DNA from: Camelus dromedarius
Taxonomy: Eukaryota
Reading direction: 5' to 3'
DNA: 64,000 bases
Assembly (NCBI RefSeq): GCF_036321535.1
Contig: NC_087472.1
Coordinates: forward strand, 96,660,001-96,724,000
Shown here: in pieces, positions 1-14,467 of the stretch
How the letters are laid out: every line of letters starts with the position of its first letter
Position numbering within the stretch: the stretch's first letter is position 1
Made by a program: the position numbers and the translations under genes
Notes under the pieces: generated by a model
What the model saw: the letters and a program-made list of their open reading frames with translations, nothing else
Told to the model about the DNA's origin: nothing
The model's database searches: none

Positions 1-350
1 TACATATTAACATGCCTCTCCTCAGAATAAGGACTTTTTCCTACCCAAGTTCAACACTATTTCACCCAAGAAGATTAATAATAAAAGACCCTAATATCAT
101 CTAGTAGCTAGTTCATATTCAAATTTTCCCGGTTGTACCCAGAATGCCCTAGAATCTAGTCATGGTTTATGCATTGCTTTTGGTTACCATGTCTATTTAA
201 TCTTTCTTAATCTAAAACAGTCTCCTACCTTTTTTATTTTTTTTTGAGAAAAATCAGATTGTCGTCTTAGTGTCTCCCACATTCTGGATTTAGCAGAGTA
301 TTTCCTTGTGTTGATGTGAACTTAGAACTTAGTTCCTCTCTTATATTTCC
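1..350. mobile_element. Old L1 3'-region fragment (L1M-type)
   Basis: Degenerate similarity to old L1M 3' sequence, judged by eye; boundaries approximate. Confidence 0.35.
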
Positions 351-700
351 TGTTAGCACATCTACCTTTTAGCATCGTGTATTTTCAGGAACAATTACAA
401 GAAAATATTGTTGTAATGCCAGAGAAGGCCTTCGAAAACTACTTAGCAACTCTAATCAAACTTAGAATTTGCCATTCTTTTTTTCTATTAGGAGGCTAAG
501 TAGCCCAATCCTGTGGCTAAAATTATCAAAGATTTTATTCACACTATTCTGTTAGGTTTCTTTTAGATTAAAAAATTCTCCCTTAAAAAAAATTGGAGCC
601 CTTCCATTCAATTTATTGAAATTAAAACTAGCTGAAGTGTGAAAGTTTAAGAAGATTATTCTTTCTTACTAAAAAAAAGGTAGTGTATATAACTCTAGAA

Positions 701-995
701 CTGCGCTGTTCAATACTTGTGGCTACCGCTTGTGGCTTTTGAGTACTTGAACTGTGACAAGTCTGATTTGAGATTTCAGAGATTAAGAGGACAAAAAGGA
801 TATAAATTACCTCATTACTAATTTTTATATTGATTATGTGTGGAAATGATATTTTGGATATATTGGGTTAAGTAAACTGTATCATTAAAATCAATTTCAC
901 CTTTTTACTTTTTAAAATATGGCTACTAGAAAGTGTAAAATGACATCTTTGGTGTGCATTTGGGGCTCAGATTGTGTTTCTGTTGCACAGCGCTG
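701..995. mobile_element. hAT-Charlie MITE (MER3/MER33-like)
   Basis: Terminal inverted repeats CTGCGCTG...CAGCGCTG and an 8-bp TSD CTCTAGAA (693-700) / CTCTAGAG (996-1003). Confidence 0.8.
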
Positions 996-1549
996 CTCTA
1001 GAGGTTCAAGGAGTAAGCTGTGCTTTAGCAACTCTCTAAATACGCATACTTTTTCACATATTTAACCCCTCTCCTGGATTCCCAGCCTTTAGTGTTAAAT
1101 GAATTTACCTAACTCTTCTGTGGAATAGCTGATGAAGATAACTTGAGTATAGCGTCTCTTTGTCCAGATCCTTTCCCTGGCCTCAGGAAAATGAAAACTG
1201 ATTGAACAAAGCTTGGTGAAGGAACCTTTGGAGATTTTAATTCCTCCTTTGGTAGTAATGATCAGATCTGAGCAGTGGCTTGGTAAGGGGGCATTCTGCT
1301 TCTCTCCAAGGAATAGCCCCCACTGATTCCAGGAACCTGGATCATGCCCTTTAGCTGTGCCAGAATCTTTGGGTTTATTCCTCTGCAGTATCTTTTACCC
1401 TAGTCCTCCACTGGATTTTCTCCCTACCTGAAAACAGACTGTCTTAACTTTTGTACTGAATGCTCTGTGGGACATGACCATCACCCAAGACTTCCAGATT
1501 TCCTCACCGAGTTCTTACAGGCAGTGATTCTGGTTATCTGAACACTTCA

Positions 1550-1710
1550 CACGTATGTCCAAGGCTATGTACCAGGTGCTCTACACACAGAGTCTATGGG
1601 TTATCTCCATTTTATAGATAAGAAAACAGGCTCAGAAAGGTTAGGAATCTTATCCCAGAATAAGTGTCAGTGTCCAGACTGGAACCTAGGTCTGCTTGCC
1701 CCAGTCCAAG
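1550..1710 (-). mobile_element. MIR SINE fragment
   Basis: Core CCATTTTATAGATAAGAAAACAGGCTCAGAAAGGTTA. Confidence 0.65.
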
Positions 1711-2658
1711 CTAGAGTAGGGAGAGGACCCCCAACGTGCAGGAAGCATGTGGTTAACCCTGTGGCTCTGCTTGGGTTGTTTAGAAGTTGTTAAAGGTGAA
1801 AATTCTAACATGTTTGTATGAATGAAACATAGCCTAAGAAATTTATGGCAGTTAAAAAAGTATAAAATGTAGGAACACTTTTAAGATGTGAAAGCACAAT
1901 TCTGGGGTTTTCACTGCATAATCAAGGAAAGCTGAAAATAAGTTTAAGGATCTTGTCCTTTTGACATAGTTGTTTAAGAGTTCTTAGGATTCATTTTAAT
2001 CTATAGTGGATTCCCAGTTTTAAAACCAGACTTCAATTTCAGTTTTTACTTAATGCAAATGTCTGTGGCATCTATTTTACGAGCTTTGATGGTCTTTGCA
2101 TCTGTTAACAGAGATAAGACCTGACATTTGTTATTCTGAATTTCAGTGAGGTGAAGATTTAAATAGTTTAAACTTGGCTCTCTTTGGTCTTACGGTTTTT
2201 AAAAAACAATTATTGCTTTATTGGAAACATTTTATGAAGTAAATGTGTATTTGGCAAAATGCGTATCATACTTGACTTTTTTGTATGGAAAAGATCTTTT
2301 TAGAAAAATTGTTACATTATTCATTAAAATATCCATATGTTGATTTTTTTTAGTAAAGTGACATTTTAATATTTTTGAAACCAGGGCATCTTTAGTATCA
2401 TAAATATGCATAAGGTAAGATTGAGCCTACCAATGATCCTCTTAGAAATCATATAAATAATAATTGTAAAATCTTTCAATTTTTCAAAAAAACCCTCTCT
2501 TTTCTTAAGGAATCAGATTACATAGATGAATTCTGCTTTATTCCATTCTGTTTTGTAAATTAGCTCATGATATTCAGACACCCTAAAATAAGAAAATAAT
2601 GTTAATTCTCTTTTACTGAAAATATATTTGGATTTAACAAATCATATCTGCATTTTAT

Positions 2659-2729
2659 TTTATTTTTATTAAATTTATTTATTTCTCTTTTAATGAAGGT
2701 ACTGGGGATTGAACCCAGGACCTTTATAA
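2659..2729 (-). mobile_element. 5'-truncated camelid-type tRNA-derived SINE
   Basis: GGTACTGGGGATTGAACCCAGGACC (B-box region) plus AT-rich tail; 11-bp TSD CTGCATTTTAT at 2648-2658 and 2730-2740. Confidence 0.8.
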
Positions 2730-4569
2730 CTGCATTTTATAAAAGTTTGTTGTGATAAGGATATTTACAGCTTTGAGGTAATTTTGATAGTCTGCTGTAA
2801 AAGATAACTTCATCACTAGAGAATATTAATCCTAGGATCAGAGTGAAAATTAATGCTTCAGAAAGGCTTCCTAACATTTGTTTTTAAAAATGTCTTTTAT
2901 TTAAGGAGCAAAATTTGTGGCTTTAAATTAAAAACTATAGTTTAAAATGGGGATAAGGTATTCTGGACTCACCTTCAAACTAATAGAATTCAAAGATTAC
3001 AAATTAAGTATCCAAGAATACCTTACCAAAGTACCTGAGTGCCTTACTAAGAAGATAGTGACTCTCAGAACTGGTCTTCACAAAGCACTGATAATCTTCC
3101 AAATATTTTTTCTATCTGCATAGTTGGTTTATGTAGTATTAATAATGGACTGTGACACATAAGGAAATTTATTCTTAACGTGTCTTGCTTGGGTGATGTG
3201 ATATTCTGGTTGAGGCACAACCCACTTGGTAATGAAACTGCCTGGGCACGGGCACATCTGTGTAAAGTGTAGGTGCTGTGTACCCTCCAGAATTCCTTCG
3301 CTTAGTCGCTGTAACATGTTTTGACTAATCTAGCACTTGACCAATCCAAAATTCCTATCCAGAAACCAGATCATTAACTGTAGTGTTACCACAGTTTAGC
3401 CCAAAAAACTTGAAAAAAGTAATTCTAATTACTTCAGCTACAACCAGACAAATCTAGAGGAAAAAACAAGTTTCCCTCTAACTCTCAGAGTTTTAGAAGT
3501 ATGCAAGAAACAAGCAGTGCTGTATTTGACAATAAAAAAATTTTTTTAAAAGTTAGCAACCTGGATTTAAAATGTGAGATTTGATTAGAATTTCTAATAA
3601 GCTTGAATTGCCTTGGAAAAAGATTTAAATACCCTTCATATATTAAATAGTTCTTATACAACTATAAACTTGAAATTGCTTAAGTTAACAATCAGCTCAC
3701 TTGCCCCTTGGAGTGAAAGCACAGAGATGAGCAGGTTTTTGTTTGAAACTAGGTCAATGGGTTAAGCGTACTTTCTCAGTTAACTTAATGTCTTTTTTTG
3801 CATGTCTCCTTTTTGCTGACCCCTGCCACCCCACCCCAGGCCCCATGGACTTGGATGATTATAATTAATACGTGTGCAGTTCTTTAAAAAATCACCCAAG
3901 GTGTTTTTCTCCTCTCAAGTCTTCTGCCATTTATGTATAGCTGTAGAGTGCTTTTATTTTCTACCTTTGACTTGCATTCACTCTAGATTCACAGGTTCCT
4001 GGAGAGTGCCGGTAATCTAGGTGTTGACTGCTGTTAGATCCCCTGGGAAAGAGGATGTATTAAGCAGGCAGGTACCTGTTGAAAATGGGAGTTTGAAAAT
4101 TCAATCTTACTTGCTGATTTTCCTTTTAAATAAAAGGGAGATGAAAACAAAAGCATAGAATTGGAGTAAAAGGAAAGGAATACATGGAATGGGGACAGCT
4201 GTGATTACTTGTAAAAGGAGAAAACCTTTTTAATGAATTGGGAAAAATGGAGGGGGGAGAAACCAAGTAATAAGCAGAAATCAAAAAGGATCAGAGAAGT
4301 CAGAAAATGACTGGAGAAAAGATTAGGAGCAGGAAAGGAACAAAGAGGGGAGATATTAAGATTTTAGGCTTTAAAGTTTTCATTCTCAAATTTAGTCTTT
4401 ACCCAAAAATATGTGTCATAGGTAAGCCTTGTTCATTCAGAAGTTAGTTTTAGGGTTAAACCTTTTATTTGGCTTTCCTTCTGCTCTTCCATATTTATAA
4501 ATAAAATATTTAAATAGTTGAGAGTATTTCCATAAATAGGGGGAAATGTGTAAAAAAAAGTGAATTCTT

Positions 4570-6952
4570 TTATTTTATTGAGTTATAGTCAGCTTACAAT
4601 GTTGTATCAGTTTCCACTGTAGAACACAATTTTTCAGTTATACTAGAACATACATATATTCATTGTCACATACTTTTTCACTTTGAGCTACCAGAAGATC
4701 TTGTATATATTTCCCTGTGCTATACAGTATAATCTTGTTTATCTATTCTATATATACCTGTCAGTATCTACAGATTTCAAACTCCCAGTCTGCCCCTTGC
4801 CACGCCCCTCCCCCCTGGCAACCACAAGTTTGTATTCTATGAGTCTGTTTCTGTTTTATATTTAAGTTCATTTGTCTTCTTTTTCTTTTTTTCTTTTTTT
4901 TTAGATTTCACATATGAGCAATATCATATGGTATTTTTCTTCCTCTTTCTGGCTTACTTCACTTACAATGACATTCTCTAGGGCCGTCCATGTTGCTGCA
5001 AATGGCGTTATGTTGTCAGGGTTTGTGGCTGAGTAGTATTCCATTGTATAAATATACCACATCATCTTTATCCAGTCACCTGTTGATGGACATTTAGGCT
5101 GTTTCCATGTCTTGGCTATTGTAAATAGTGCTGCTGTGAACATTGGGGTACAGGTGTCTTTGAAGTAAGGTTCCTTCTGGATAGATGCCCAGGAGCGGAT
5201 TCCTGGGTCATATGGTAAGTCTATTCCTACTCTTTTGAGGAATCTCCATACTGTTTTCCACAGTGGCTGCACCAACCTGCATTCCCACCAGCAGTGTAGG
5301 AGGGTTCCCTTTTCTCCACAGCCTCTTCAGCATTTGTCATTTGTGGACTTTTGAATGATGGCTGGTGTGAGGTGATACCTCATTGTAGTTTTGATTTGCA
5401 TTTCTCTGATAATTAGTGATACTGAGCATTTTTTCATATGCCTATTGATCATTCGTATGTCTTCCTAGGAGAATTGCTTGTTTAGGTCTTCTGCCCATTT
5501 TTGGATTGGGTTATTTGTTTTTTTCTTACTAAGTCATATGAGATGCTTATATATGCTGGAGATCAAGCCTTTGTCAGTTTCATCTTTGGCAAAAATTTTC
5601 TCCCATTCAGTAGGTTGTCGTTTTGTTTTGCTTATGGTTTCCTTTGCTGTGCAGAAGCTTGTAAGTTTAATTAGGTCCTATTTGTTTATTCTTGCTTTTA
5701 TTTCTATTGCTTGGGTAGACTGTCCTAGGAGAACATTTTTGAGATGTATGTGAGATAATATTTTGCCTCTATTTTCTTCTAGGAGGTTTATTGTATCTTG
5801 TCTTATGTTTAAGTCTTTGATCCATTTTGAGTTTATTTTTGTCTGTGGTGTAAGGGAATGTTCTAGCTTCATTGATTTACGTGTTGCTGTCGAGTTTTCC
5901 CAACACCATTTGCTGAAGAGACTGTCTTTATTCCATTGTATCTTCTTGCCTCCTTTGTCGAAGATTAGTTGACCAAAAGTTTATGGGTTCATTTCTGGGC
6001 TCTATTCTGTTCCATTGGTCCATATGTCTGTTTTTGTACCAATACCATGCTCTTTTGATGACTGTAGCTCTGTAGTATTGACTGAAGTCTGGGAGGGTTA
6101 TTCCTCGAGCCTCTTTCTTTTTCTTCAGTAATGCTTTGGCAATTCTAGGTCTTTTGTGATTCCATATAAATTTTATTATGATTTGTTCTAGTTCTGTGAA
6201 ATATGTCCTGGGTAATTTGATAGGGATTGCATTAAATCTGTAGATTGCCTTAGGGAGTATGACCATTTGAACAATATTGATTCTTCCAATCCAGGAGCAT
6301 GGGATGTCTTTCCATTTTTTTAAGTCTTCTTTAATATCCTTCATCAATGGTTTATAGTTCTCTGTGTATAAGTCTTTCACCTCCTTGGTTAGATTTATTC
6401 CTAGGTATTTTATTACTTTGGGTGCTATTTTAAAGGGGATTGTTTCTTTATTTTCTTTTTCTGTTGATTCATCCTTAGTGTAAAGAAATGCAACTGATTT
6501 TTGAACGTTAATCTTGTAACCTGCTACTTTGCTGAATTATTTGATTAGTTCTAGTAGTTTTTGTGTGGACCTTTTAGGGTTTTCTATGTATAGTATCATG
6601 TTATCTGCATATAGTGACACTTTAACCTCTTCTTTTCCAATTTGGATCCCTTTTATTTCTCTCTCTCGCCTGATTGCTGTGGCTAAGCCTTCCAAGACTA
6701 TGTTGAATAGGAGTGGTGATAGTGGGCATCCTTGTCTTGTCCCAGATTTTAGTGGGAAGCTTTTGAGTTTTTCACCGTTGAGTACTATGCTGGCTGTAGG
6801 TTTGTCATATATAGCTTTTATTATGTTGAGATATGTTCCCTCTATACCCACTTTGGTGAGAGTTTTTATCATAAATGGGTGTTGAATATTATCACGTGCT
6901 TTTTCTGCATCTATTGAGATGATCATGTGATTTTTGTCCTTTCTTTTGTTGG
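4570..6952 (-). mobile_element. Young 5'-truncated L1 (~2.4 kb; ORF2 RT/C-terminal region and 3'UTR), frameshifted
   Basis: ORF2 peptides [39 protein letters not shown] and CTPMFTAALFTIAKTWKQPKCP. Perfect 17-bp TSD AAAAAAAGTGAATTCTT at 4553-4569 and 6953-6969. Confidence 0.97.
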
Positions 6953-9900
6953 AAAAAAAGTGAATTCTTGAACTTAGTTTTACTGTCTAAATATTAGCAT
7001 AATCAAATGATAAGATGGTCTTAACTCTTTTCTAAAATTACATTATTTTCTATCTTTTACTTAACACTTATTTCATTCCTAGTGGTCCTCTCTTACTGTT
7101 GCACCAAAATTGGAAGGAAATTAGACTTTCTAAACACATTTATTTTTTAATTAAATATTTTCACTCTATAGAAAAGTTGAAGGGATAGAGGACTAACCAA
7201 ATTGTGCTGAAATTCTTATTAGAATGTTGTCCTGAGGGGTCCTCTCCCTTGCCCCCATTTGCCCTGGTTACTTGACTTCTGAAGTTCTGTCAATACTTTA
7301 GACTCTTGTCTGCTCAGAGAAGAGAGGATGGGTAAATCCTTATTAAAAATTTGTCTTCGCGATTTGGTATCTGACTGCAATTATACTATTAGTGAGAGGA
7401 TGTGTGTTTAGCAGGAACTGATTTTTTTAATAGCCTTATCTCTGCTCATTATTCAGTTTTTCAGGACAAAGGGATTAATTAAAGGTATTTTGCACCTAGT
7501 TTTTTTTGTGATGATTTTTGTCTCACATGAATCAGTATAAGCTTCAGTTCTGAGCATGATTTTATAAGTAGACTTTGGATATCAGGGTAGATGGTTTTGC
7601 AATACAACATATAAAGGCTGTTCCACATTTTACTGAATGTCAAAATTAGTATCAAATGAAGATGTGGTTCCCAAAGATGTAATTTTTTGCACTAAAGCTC
7701 CATGATAGTAACTGCTTTATTTCTAGATATTTCTTTGAGAATATTGGATCATGGAGGAGGGATGATAAAACTGCTAGTACTCAGTCTTCCTTCCACATGA
7801 CACCTCATACTCATTCTGAAAATTAGGTTAGCATTTTTGGGCATAGGAAGGGGCCAGAGAGGTGTCTATTCATGCAACTTACTCCTTTTATAAAGGGAAA
7901 CTATCTAGAGTCTTGTCCATGGTCACACAGTGACTTGGGGACAGTGTCAAGTCTAAGCCTGTGGTCTTGAGTTCAGGGATTATTACAGCCCCCAGTCCCT
8001 ACCCCTCCCACCTCTCCACCACTGGATAAACTGATAAAAGGCATTTTGTTTGGTTTAGTATAAATACACTGAGCCTTTTAAAAAATCCTTTTGAAAGGTG
8101 AAAGAATTGATAATACCTTAATTGTCAGGCTGAAAGCCTAAAATAATTTTTTTGGACTGTAGCCTGTTACAGTAGATTTTTTAAATTGTAGATTTTAAAA
8201 ACTGTAGATTTTTTAAAAATTGTAAATGTAGTAAACTATGAAAATGCCCATTTAAATTATATTGCTGGTTTCATTTTAATTCTTTCAAAATTAAGAGTGG
8301 TATAAACAAATTACCTTTAAAAGTTAAAAATTTAGTAAGTGGCTTATATAACATTTTGACATTGGGCAGAGAAACATGGAATTTTTATTAGCTAGCTATT
8401 ATTTATTTGACTTAATACATATATTTAGAGGAACCACATTCAAAATGAGTAATTTCTCACATTTTCTTCTTTACATGCATATGTGCATGCACACAGTTAT
8501 ATTAAACTAAAAGATTATAGAGGAGGAAATGGCCAATTTAAAATTTTCAGATCACTGTTTTTAAGAGGCAATATATGCTTTCATTGTGTTCAGAATAAGA
8601 CAAAGTGCTTTTCATAATACAATTTTAAGTATCAAAGCAAGAAAAGTGATCAAGAATGAATATATTCTTCCCATGTTTTAAAACAAGACAGCTTTTTTAA
8701 TCCTATGAAAGGAATAAGGAAATTAGTTCAGAACATGAAAGAAATGTCATTCTTTCCATATCTTTCTTTTGAGAGCACCTGATAAACAGATAGTTAAACT
8801 GTTACGTGAGGACCAAATGAGAGAAATGCTTTCTCTATGAAAAGATGAACCACGTGTTTCTTTTGGGATAGCTCTCTTCATTAATGCATTTTAAATGATT
8901 CCATTCTTAAAGGTTTCAGCCCTATGCTTTTTGTTTTAAAGCAGAGTATATCTGTAATTACTTTGTCCAGGATTATCAAAGAGGCATTAATTTCCTCTTT
9001 TCTATAATGAAAGGAACTATTTATGCTTATTGATATTGTGTGGTTTCAGAGGAAAATTACAGCGATAAGTAGCTCTGGGAAAAGGATAAGGTAGATCTCA
9101 AACTTCTAGCCTTGGCAGAGAAAAGTAGGAGCTAAATTTCTTTGGTTAGAAGATCTTGTATGGTATAATAGCTGTTCCAAAAGGCACAACTTCCGCTATC
9201 ATGGGCTTAGAGGTAGAACAAATTGGGTAAAGATATAGTTTTGATTGGGACTTTAACGTAGTGTTGAAGTGATTCTTGTAAACTCTTTGGAACCCAGATA
9301 TCAAAGGAGCACAGTAGAATGCCTAGGGAGAGGACAAAGGGACCAGAAGATTGGGTATAAAACGAAAGACTAGGAAATGACCGTTAAGCTGGCCAATTCG
9401 ATAGGATCTTCAAGAACTTGGGGTTGGAGGATGCAAGGCCATTATAGGCCATTCTGCATAGTCCTCGTGTGATGCTGGAATCTCTCTCCAGCAGTCCTGA
9501 TAGGTGGTCACACCTGGACTACATCTAGTGGCAGGATGCTCAGACTCCAGAGGTAGACAGGTTTTGACTTTGGGAACATATACCCTTACCATTTTTATTG
9601 TAATCCCTGTGAAAAAGCCAAATCTATTTAGAACCTAAAAAGGGCAAGTCTCCTGAGAGCTCACTGGTAACTACATGTTGTACATGTATTATATATATGT
9701 TTTCCCCTGCAAAACAGTCCATTTTTATTTTTTGAGAATATTATATATACTGTTCTGCAGTTTTTGTCATTTGACATTTTGAACATCAGTGTTAGTGAAT
9801 ATGGACTAACCTCATTCTTTTTAATGATTGTATATGTTATATTTATTCAACCAGTGTCTTAATAGATATTTGAGTTGTGCCTAGTTTTTGTGCTCTTACA

Positions 9901-11599
9901 ATGGTGCAACAAACATCCATTATCTTGACAGTCCTAATTACAAAGCTTTTTCTTATATTGGCCTAAAATCTTTCTCCTAACTTCTACATATTGGTCCTGA
10001 AAACAGTTGCCATCTTTCTCCTGAGTCTTCTCTTGGATTGAAACAATCCTCATCTGTTTGACCATTCTTCGTGTTATTTGGATCCTTTTGCCATCTTCTG
10101 GACATGATCCATTTTGTCACTGTCTAAAGTGTAATGATGGAACTGAACACTCTCTTAACTGTGGTTTCAGTTGAACAGAGAGGGTAGGATTATCTGTTCT
10201 TTTAATTCAGTCCGTGATTTTATTAGCTCTTGAGGCTGCCATATCACATTGTTAATTCGTATGGAGTCAGTTAAAGCCTTACATTTGGAGTTTGTAGATC
10301 CCTGGAGCATCTGATAAAAGCTGTGGACTTGCCACCACCTCACCCTACCCCTCCAAATGGATTAATACAATTGTTGTAATTTCAGGTGGTTCATGGGTCC
10401 TTGGTGTTTCTCCTTTCTTTATGACTAGATTTTGTTGGTTACTTTGCCAAAGTCATGGATTCTCTAGCATTCTTGTTTAATCAAAACTTAAACCAGAAAT
10501 GGCCAGTCTTGGCATTACTTGATGAGTCTGTGTTGCCTCCTAGTGTGTAGTGCTTTCCTACTATATGCAAGTGCTAACTATTTTTTTTAACAATCCAGGA
10601 TCAGCCTCAAGCTAACCAGTCCATATTTTGAAACCTGTCTGGCTTGTAGTCCTTTCCCATTCTTCATGATTCCACACAGGTGACAGAAAGCAATTAAGCA
10701 GCCTTATCTGCAGAGCCTTCTAGGATCCCAGGACATGATTTGTGAGATCAAATGACTTGAACTCAGTGAGAATATCTGGCTGGTTTTTCTTTTTTTTTCC
10801 TTCAGCCATCTTGGATTTAAATTTCTTCTCAGTCATCATATTTAATCTTCAGATTACAAAGAATAAAATATTATTAACTAGGAATGGAAATAGGAGGCTG
10901 TTTCTCTTTGTCTTTGTCAATATTACATTAACAGTCCCATCCGGGGAATTCACTTTTCCCTCTATTTTTTTTTTTTTACTTTAACCTTTTAAATGCCACT
11001 TATTCAATATCTGGCACTTTGTAAAGTCACAGTTCATCCTGAAGCTTTAGCCCTGTTCACGGTATTCTTAGAATCCATTTCACTCTTTATAACACTTGTT
11101 CTATGTGTCTGTTTTCTTTCAATCATCTGTTATAAGTGTCTTTTTAAACATCTGAATTCGAGAAAGCTCTCTGTGCAAATGCATCAGATTCTTAAGATTT
11201 CCCCTTTTCTTCCCCTCATCAATGTGTTTTGCAGTTATACAGTCAGCATTATGCTTTTAAGAACCTCCCAGCCTTGTTGAGCTTCTTTACACAGTTTCTG
11301 ATCTTGGAATTGATCCTAATTTTCCTTTGAAAATCTTGAAATCTGCCTATCCAGTATGGGCAGCATTCCCCTGCCTTTCTTTCTTGATCTCCAAACATCA
11401 TGGCTGCTTTCTCTAAAGCTTCTTCCTAGTTACATGTTACCAGTCATGTTTTACTGGTGAGGATTAGGTCCAAAGTAAGTTTTTCTCATTTCTCCTCTAC
11501 TTTCTGGAAGACTGAATTTTTACATAAACCAAAAGCATATCTTCAGATGCATTGACGTAAATTGAGTGACACTTCCACAGATGTCCTCTGATCAGTAAT

Positions 11600-11850
11600 A
11601 ATAGCTAATAACAGCTGTTATTTTTTTTGTATACTGCCACCTGACTAGCACCATACTAAGTCCTTTCCATGTCGGATTATCTTGCTTGTCTCCTACCTTA
11701 GGGATATGAGTTGTGGGTGCTGTTGTTATCCCAGTAATATAGATGAGGAAACAGGTTTGAGGGTGTTGAGTCACTTGCCCAAAATTACACAGCTTGTGAA
11801 TGCCAAGGTCAGATATTTCCTAAATCGGATTCTTAATCACTATACTGGGC
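11600..11850 (-). mobile_element. MIR SINE
   Basis: ATAGATGAGGAAACAGG...TCACTTGCCCAAAATTACACAGC core. Confidence 0.7.
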
Positions 11851-12739
11851 TGCTTGATGTGGTGCTTAATTACTATGCTGGACAAGATTCTCTTACTTCA
11901 AAACCTGTGTAGCTGTCAGACCACTGGCTGTGCACAGTAGGCATTTAAATATTTAATTTGAGGTTTATGTTTCTTGTTGATTTCTAGGGTATTGCCTTTT
12001 AGCTCTTACAAATCAGTAAGAAAAAGATGAGAAAAATGTGTGAGGCACACTGTTAGGCAGTTCATAGAAAAATGAATGGAAAACGAAGATATGAAAAGAT
12101 GCTCATTTTTTACTAATCAAACATATTTTTGTTGGTTTTTGGAGACCCATTTTTTGAATGCAAGACTTTCTGTTATGTGATACTTGAAAAACAAAGAATG
12201 CAAAAATGTTTGTGAAACTTCAGAAATAATCAGTATTAACCCAAGCAAGCATATACAAAATTTTATTTAATTGGGAGACCAAAGTACTGTTGCTTTTTAA
12301 AAACTGAATATATTGTGAACATCAGTACTCAGTGATGTTACCTTTAATGGCTGTATAGTATTCTGTTGTTTCTCATAAGAGATTGAAGGTCAGTTTGTTT
12401 CCTTTGTTCTTTATTTTAATTTTTTATATGTGAAGTAAAAGTAAAGTATAAGACCTCAAATCTCATCTTTTTTCTTTATTATATTATTATTCTTTTTATT
12501 GAAACTGTTCACCATTATTCATTATTTACTGTGATATCTTCCACAGTTTTTATTTTGCTAGGAAGAATTAGGTTGTATGCCCAATCATTGTGATCAGTAT
12601 GATTGATTCTTTGTGTTAAGAACAATTATACTATATTTTTTTTAAGAGGGGTCATTAGACTAATTCATTGAACATGTTAAGTGTTTTAATAAATGAGTAT
12701 GTAATTTAAAGAGTTTTCTAAAGAGTGATGGAAGCTGTG

Positions 12740-12935
12740 TTGTAACATACTGGAAATTGAGCTTTGGAGCAAGACTGTCCTGGTTCGAGATCTCAGCTCC
12801 ACTAGTTTTAGTCATGTAAATAATTTGGGCAAGTCACTTAACATTGTAAGCCTCAGTTTTCTCATCAGGAAAACAGGGATGGTTATTGCTGTCTCACAGG
12901 AGGAATAATTTAACATGAGATGCACACGTAAAGCA
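12740..12935 (+). mobile_element. MIR SINE
   Basis: TTGGGCAAGTCACTTAAC...GCCTCAGTTTTCTCATC core. Confidence 0.7.
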
Positions 12936-13269
12936 ACCATGCAGCAGTAATGTCAATTTTCCCTATTTTATGTAGTTAGATAAGGAGTTCTCAACCTTTT
13001 GTGGCACTTACGCCTTTGCTAGTCTGGCAAGACCCCTGGAAGGACCTCTTCTCAGAATAATGATTTTAAATACATAAAATTTAAAGGTTGCGATGAGCAA
13101 GGAAACTATGTTGAAATACAGTTATTGAAGTACCTAAAACATTTGTGATGCTTTCTGTTTCAGATAATTTTTTGGACTAAGGTGGGGAGCTAATGAGAAA
13201 GATAGAAGGGGAAAAAAAAAAAGAGGAAAGGAAGGAAAGCTTATAAATACATATGCTTGGTTTTGATTC

Positions 13270-13850
13270 CTTCCCAAGCTGTTACCACCCTAGATTTCCA
13301 ACAGGCTCATAGTCATTTCCACCTCAGCATCCTACCAGCAATTCAATTTCATCACCAGTGAAGTTGAATGCCTCTCCCAAACCAGCCTGTTTTCCGTGTT
13401 TCCCTTGAAATACCACGCTTCCTATCACCTCAATTCTTAGTCTTCAAATCACATTCAAGTTCTCACTTTTTCACCCTATTCCTTCTTCAAATCAATGCAC
13501 TCCTGTCACTTTATCTCTACAGTGTCTAATTCTACCATCTAGATTTAAGACCCTCTCATCATTGTCATTCTGACACAGGCTGTTTCTGCTTGGCCTCCAA
13601 CTTCCTACCTCTTTCTCAAAGTATCCCTTGAGTACTTCAGACTAGTTTGATACATTCTGTATGTGACGTTCTATGGCACTCACAGATGTGCTGCACACCT
13701 CGTGCCTGTCAGCTGCCTCATTTACTTACTGGTTAACGTGTATTTGTTTTCACTTCCTCAGATATATTCTAAGTTCTTTGAGGAAACAGACCACATCGTA
13801 TGCATTTTTTTTAATCTCCCACAGAACTTAGCATAATACTTAAAAGTGCT
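13270..13850 (+). mobile_element. L2 LINE 3' fragments
   Basis: Pyrimidine-rich, decayed L2-like 3' sequence ending CCCACAGAACTTAGCATA; judged by eye. Confidence 0.45.
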
Positions 13851-14467
13851 TCATAAGAGTCTAGCAGTTGTTATAATTAGGTAGTTCCAGATCCAAAAAC
13901 AAAAAGAAAAATGACCTTTTCTTGTCAACTGAACTTTCACTGTCAGAGTTGATGATATTAGACCAAGTCTGTATGTCAAAAACCTACTGAGAATTTTGTG
14001 TATATTTTAATTTTTACTAACTCACTAACTTAATTCCCCAAATTATTCAGTCATGGTTGTTCTTACAGTGTTCTTTGTGGTTAAGAAAACCATGGCCGAG
14101 GTTTCCTCTACTGTGAAACCTTTATTTGTCCTTGAAGAGCCACCACTTGTAGCCCAAGGCCTAACATATAATAGGTGATGAATACATTTTGTTGGAGGAA
14201 TTTAGCTTGTGCCTAGAATTAACTTGTTTATTTGAAAAAGCTTGGGAATGTGTATAGATTATTACAAATACAAATTACAAAAACAAATACAAGAAAAGTT
14301 TTGTTAAAAAAAATTGAAAGTATGTGATCTTAACAGGAAAGCAGTTTTAGTAAAGTAAGCCTAACATACACTGATCTTCTTAGTGGGCTTTGATATTTTG
14401 TTTGCCACTGATGTTCTTTTTTTCTTTTTTTCTTTTTTTTGTTAAATTCCTTTACTTGTGTTCTTAG

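Larger units (their letters stand above)
1..14467 (+). other. KLHL15: Last intron of KLHL15 (5' end outside window)
   Basis: Ends in a long T-rich tract and TTCTTAG acceptor (AG 14466-14467) directly before the Kelch exon. No other BTB/BACK coding exon was recognised in 1-14467. Confidence 0.8.

Noticed and set aside
5478..6885. Plus-strand ORFs of 69-118 aa
   Set aside because: Antisense frames of L1 ORF2.
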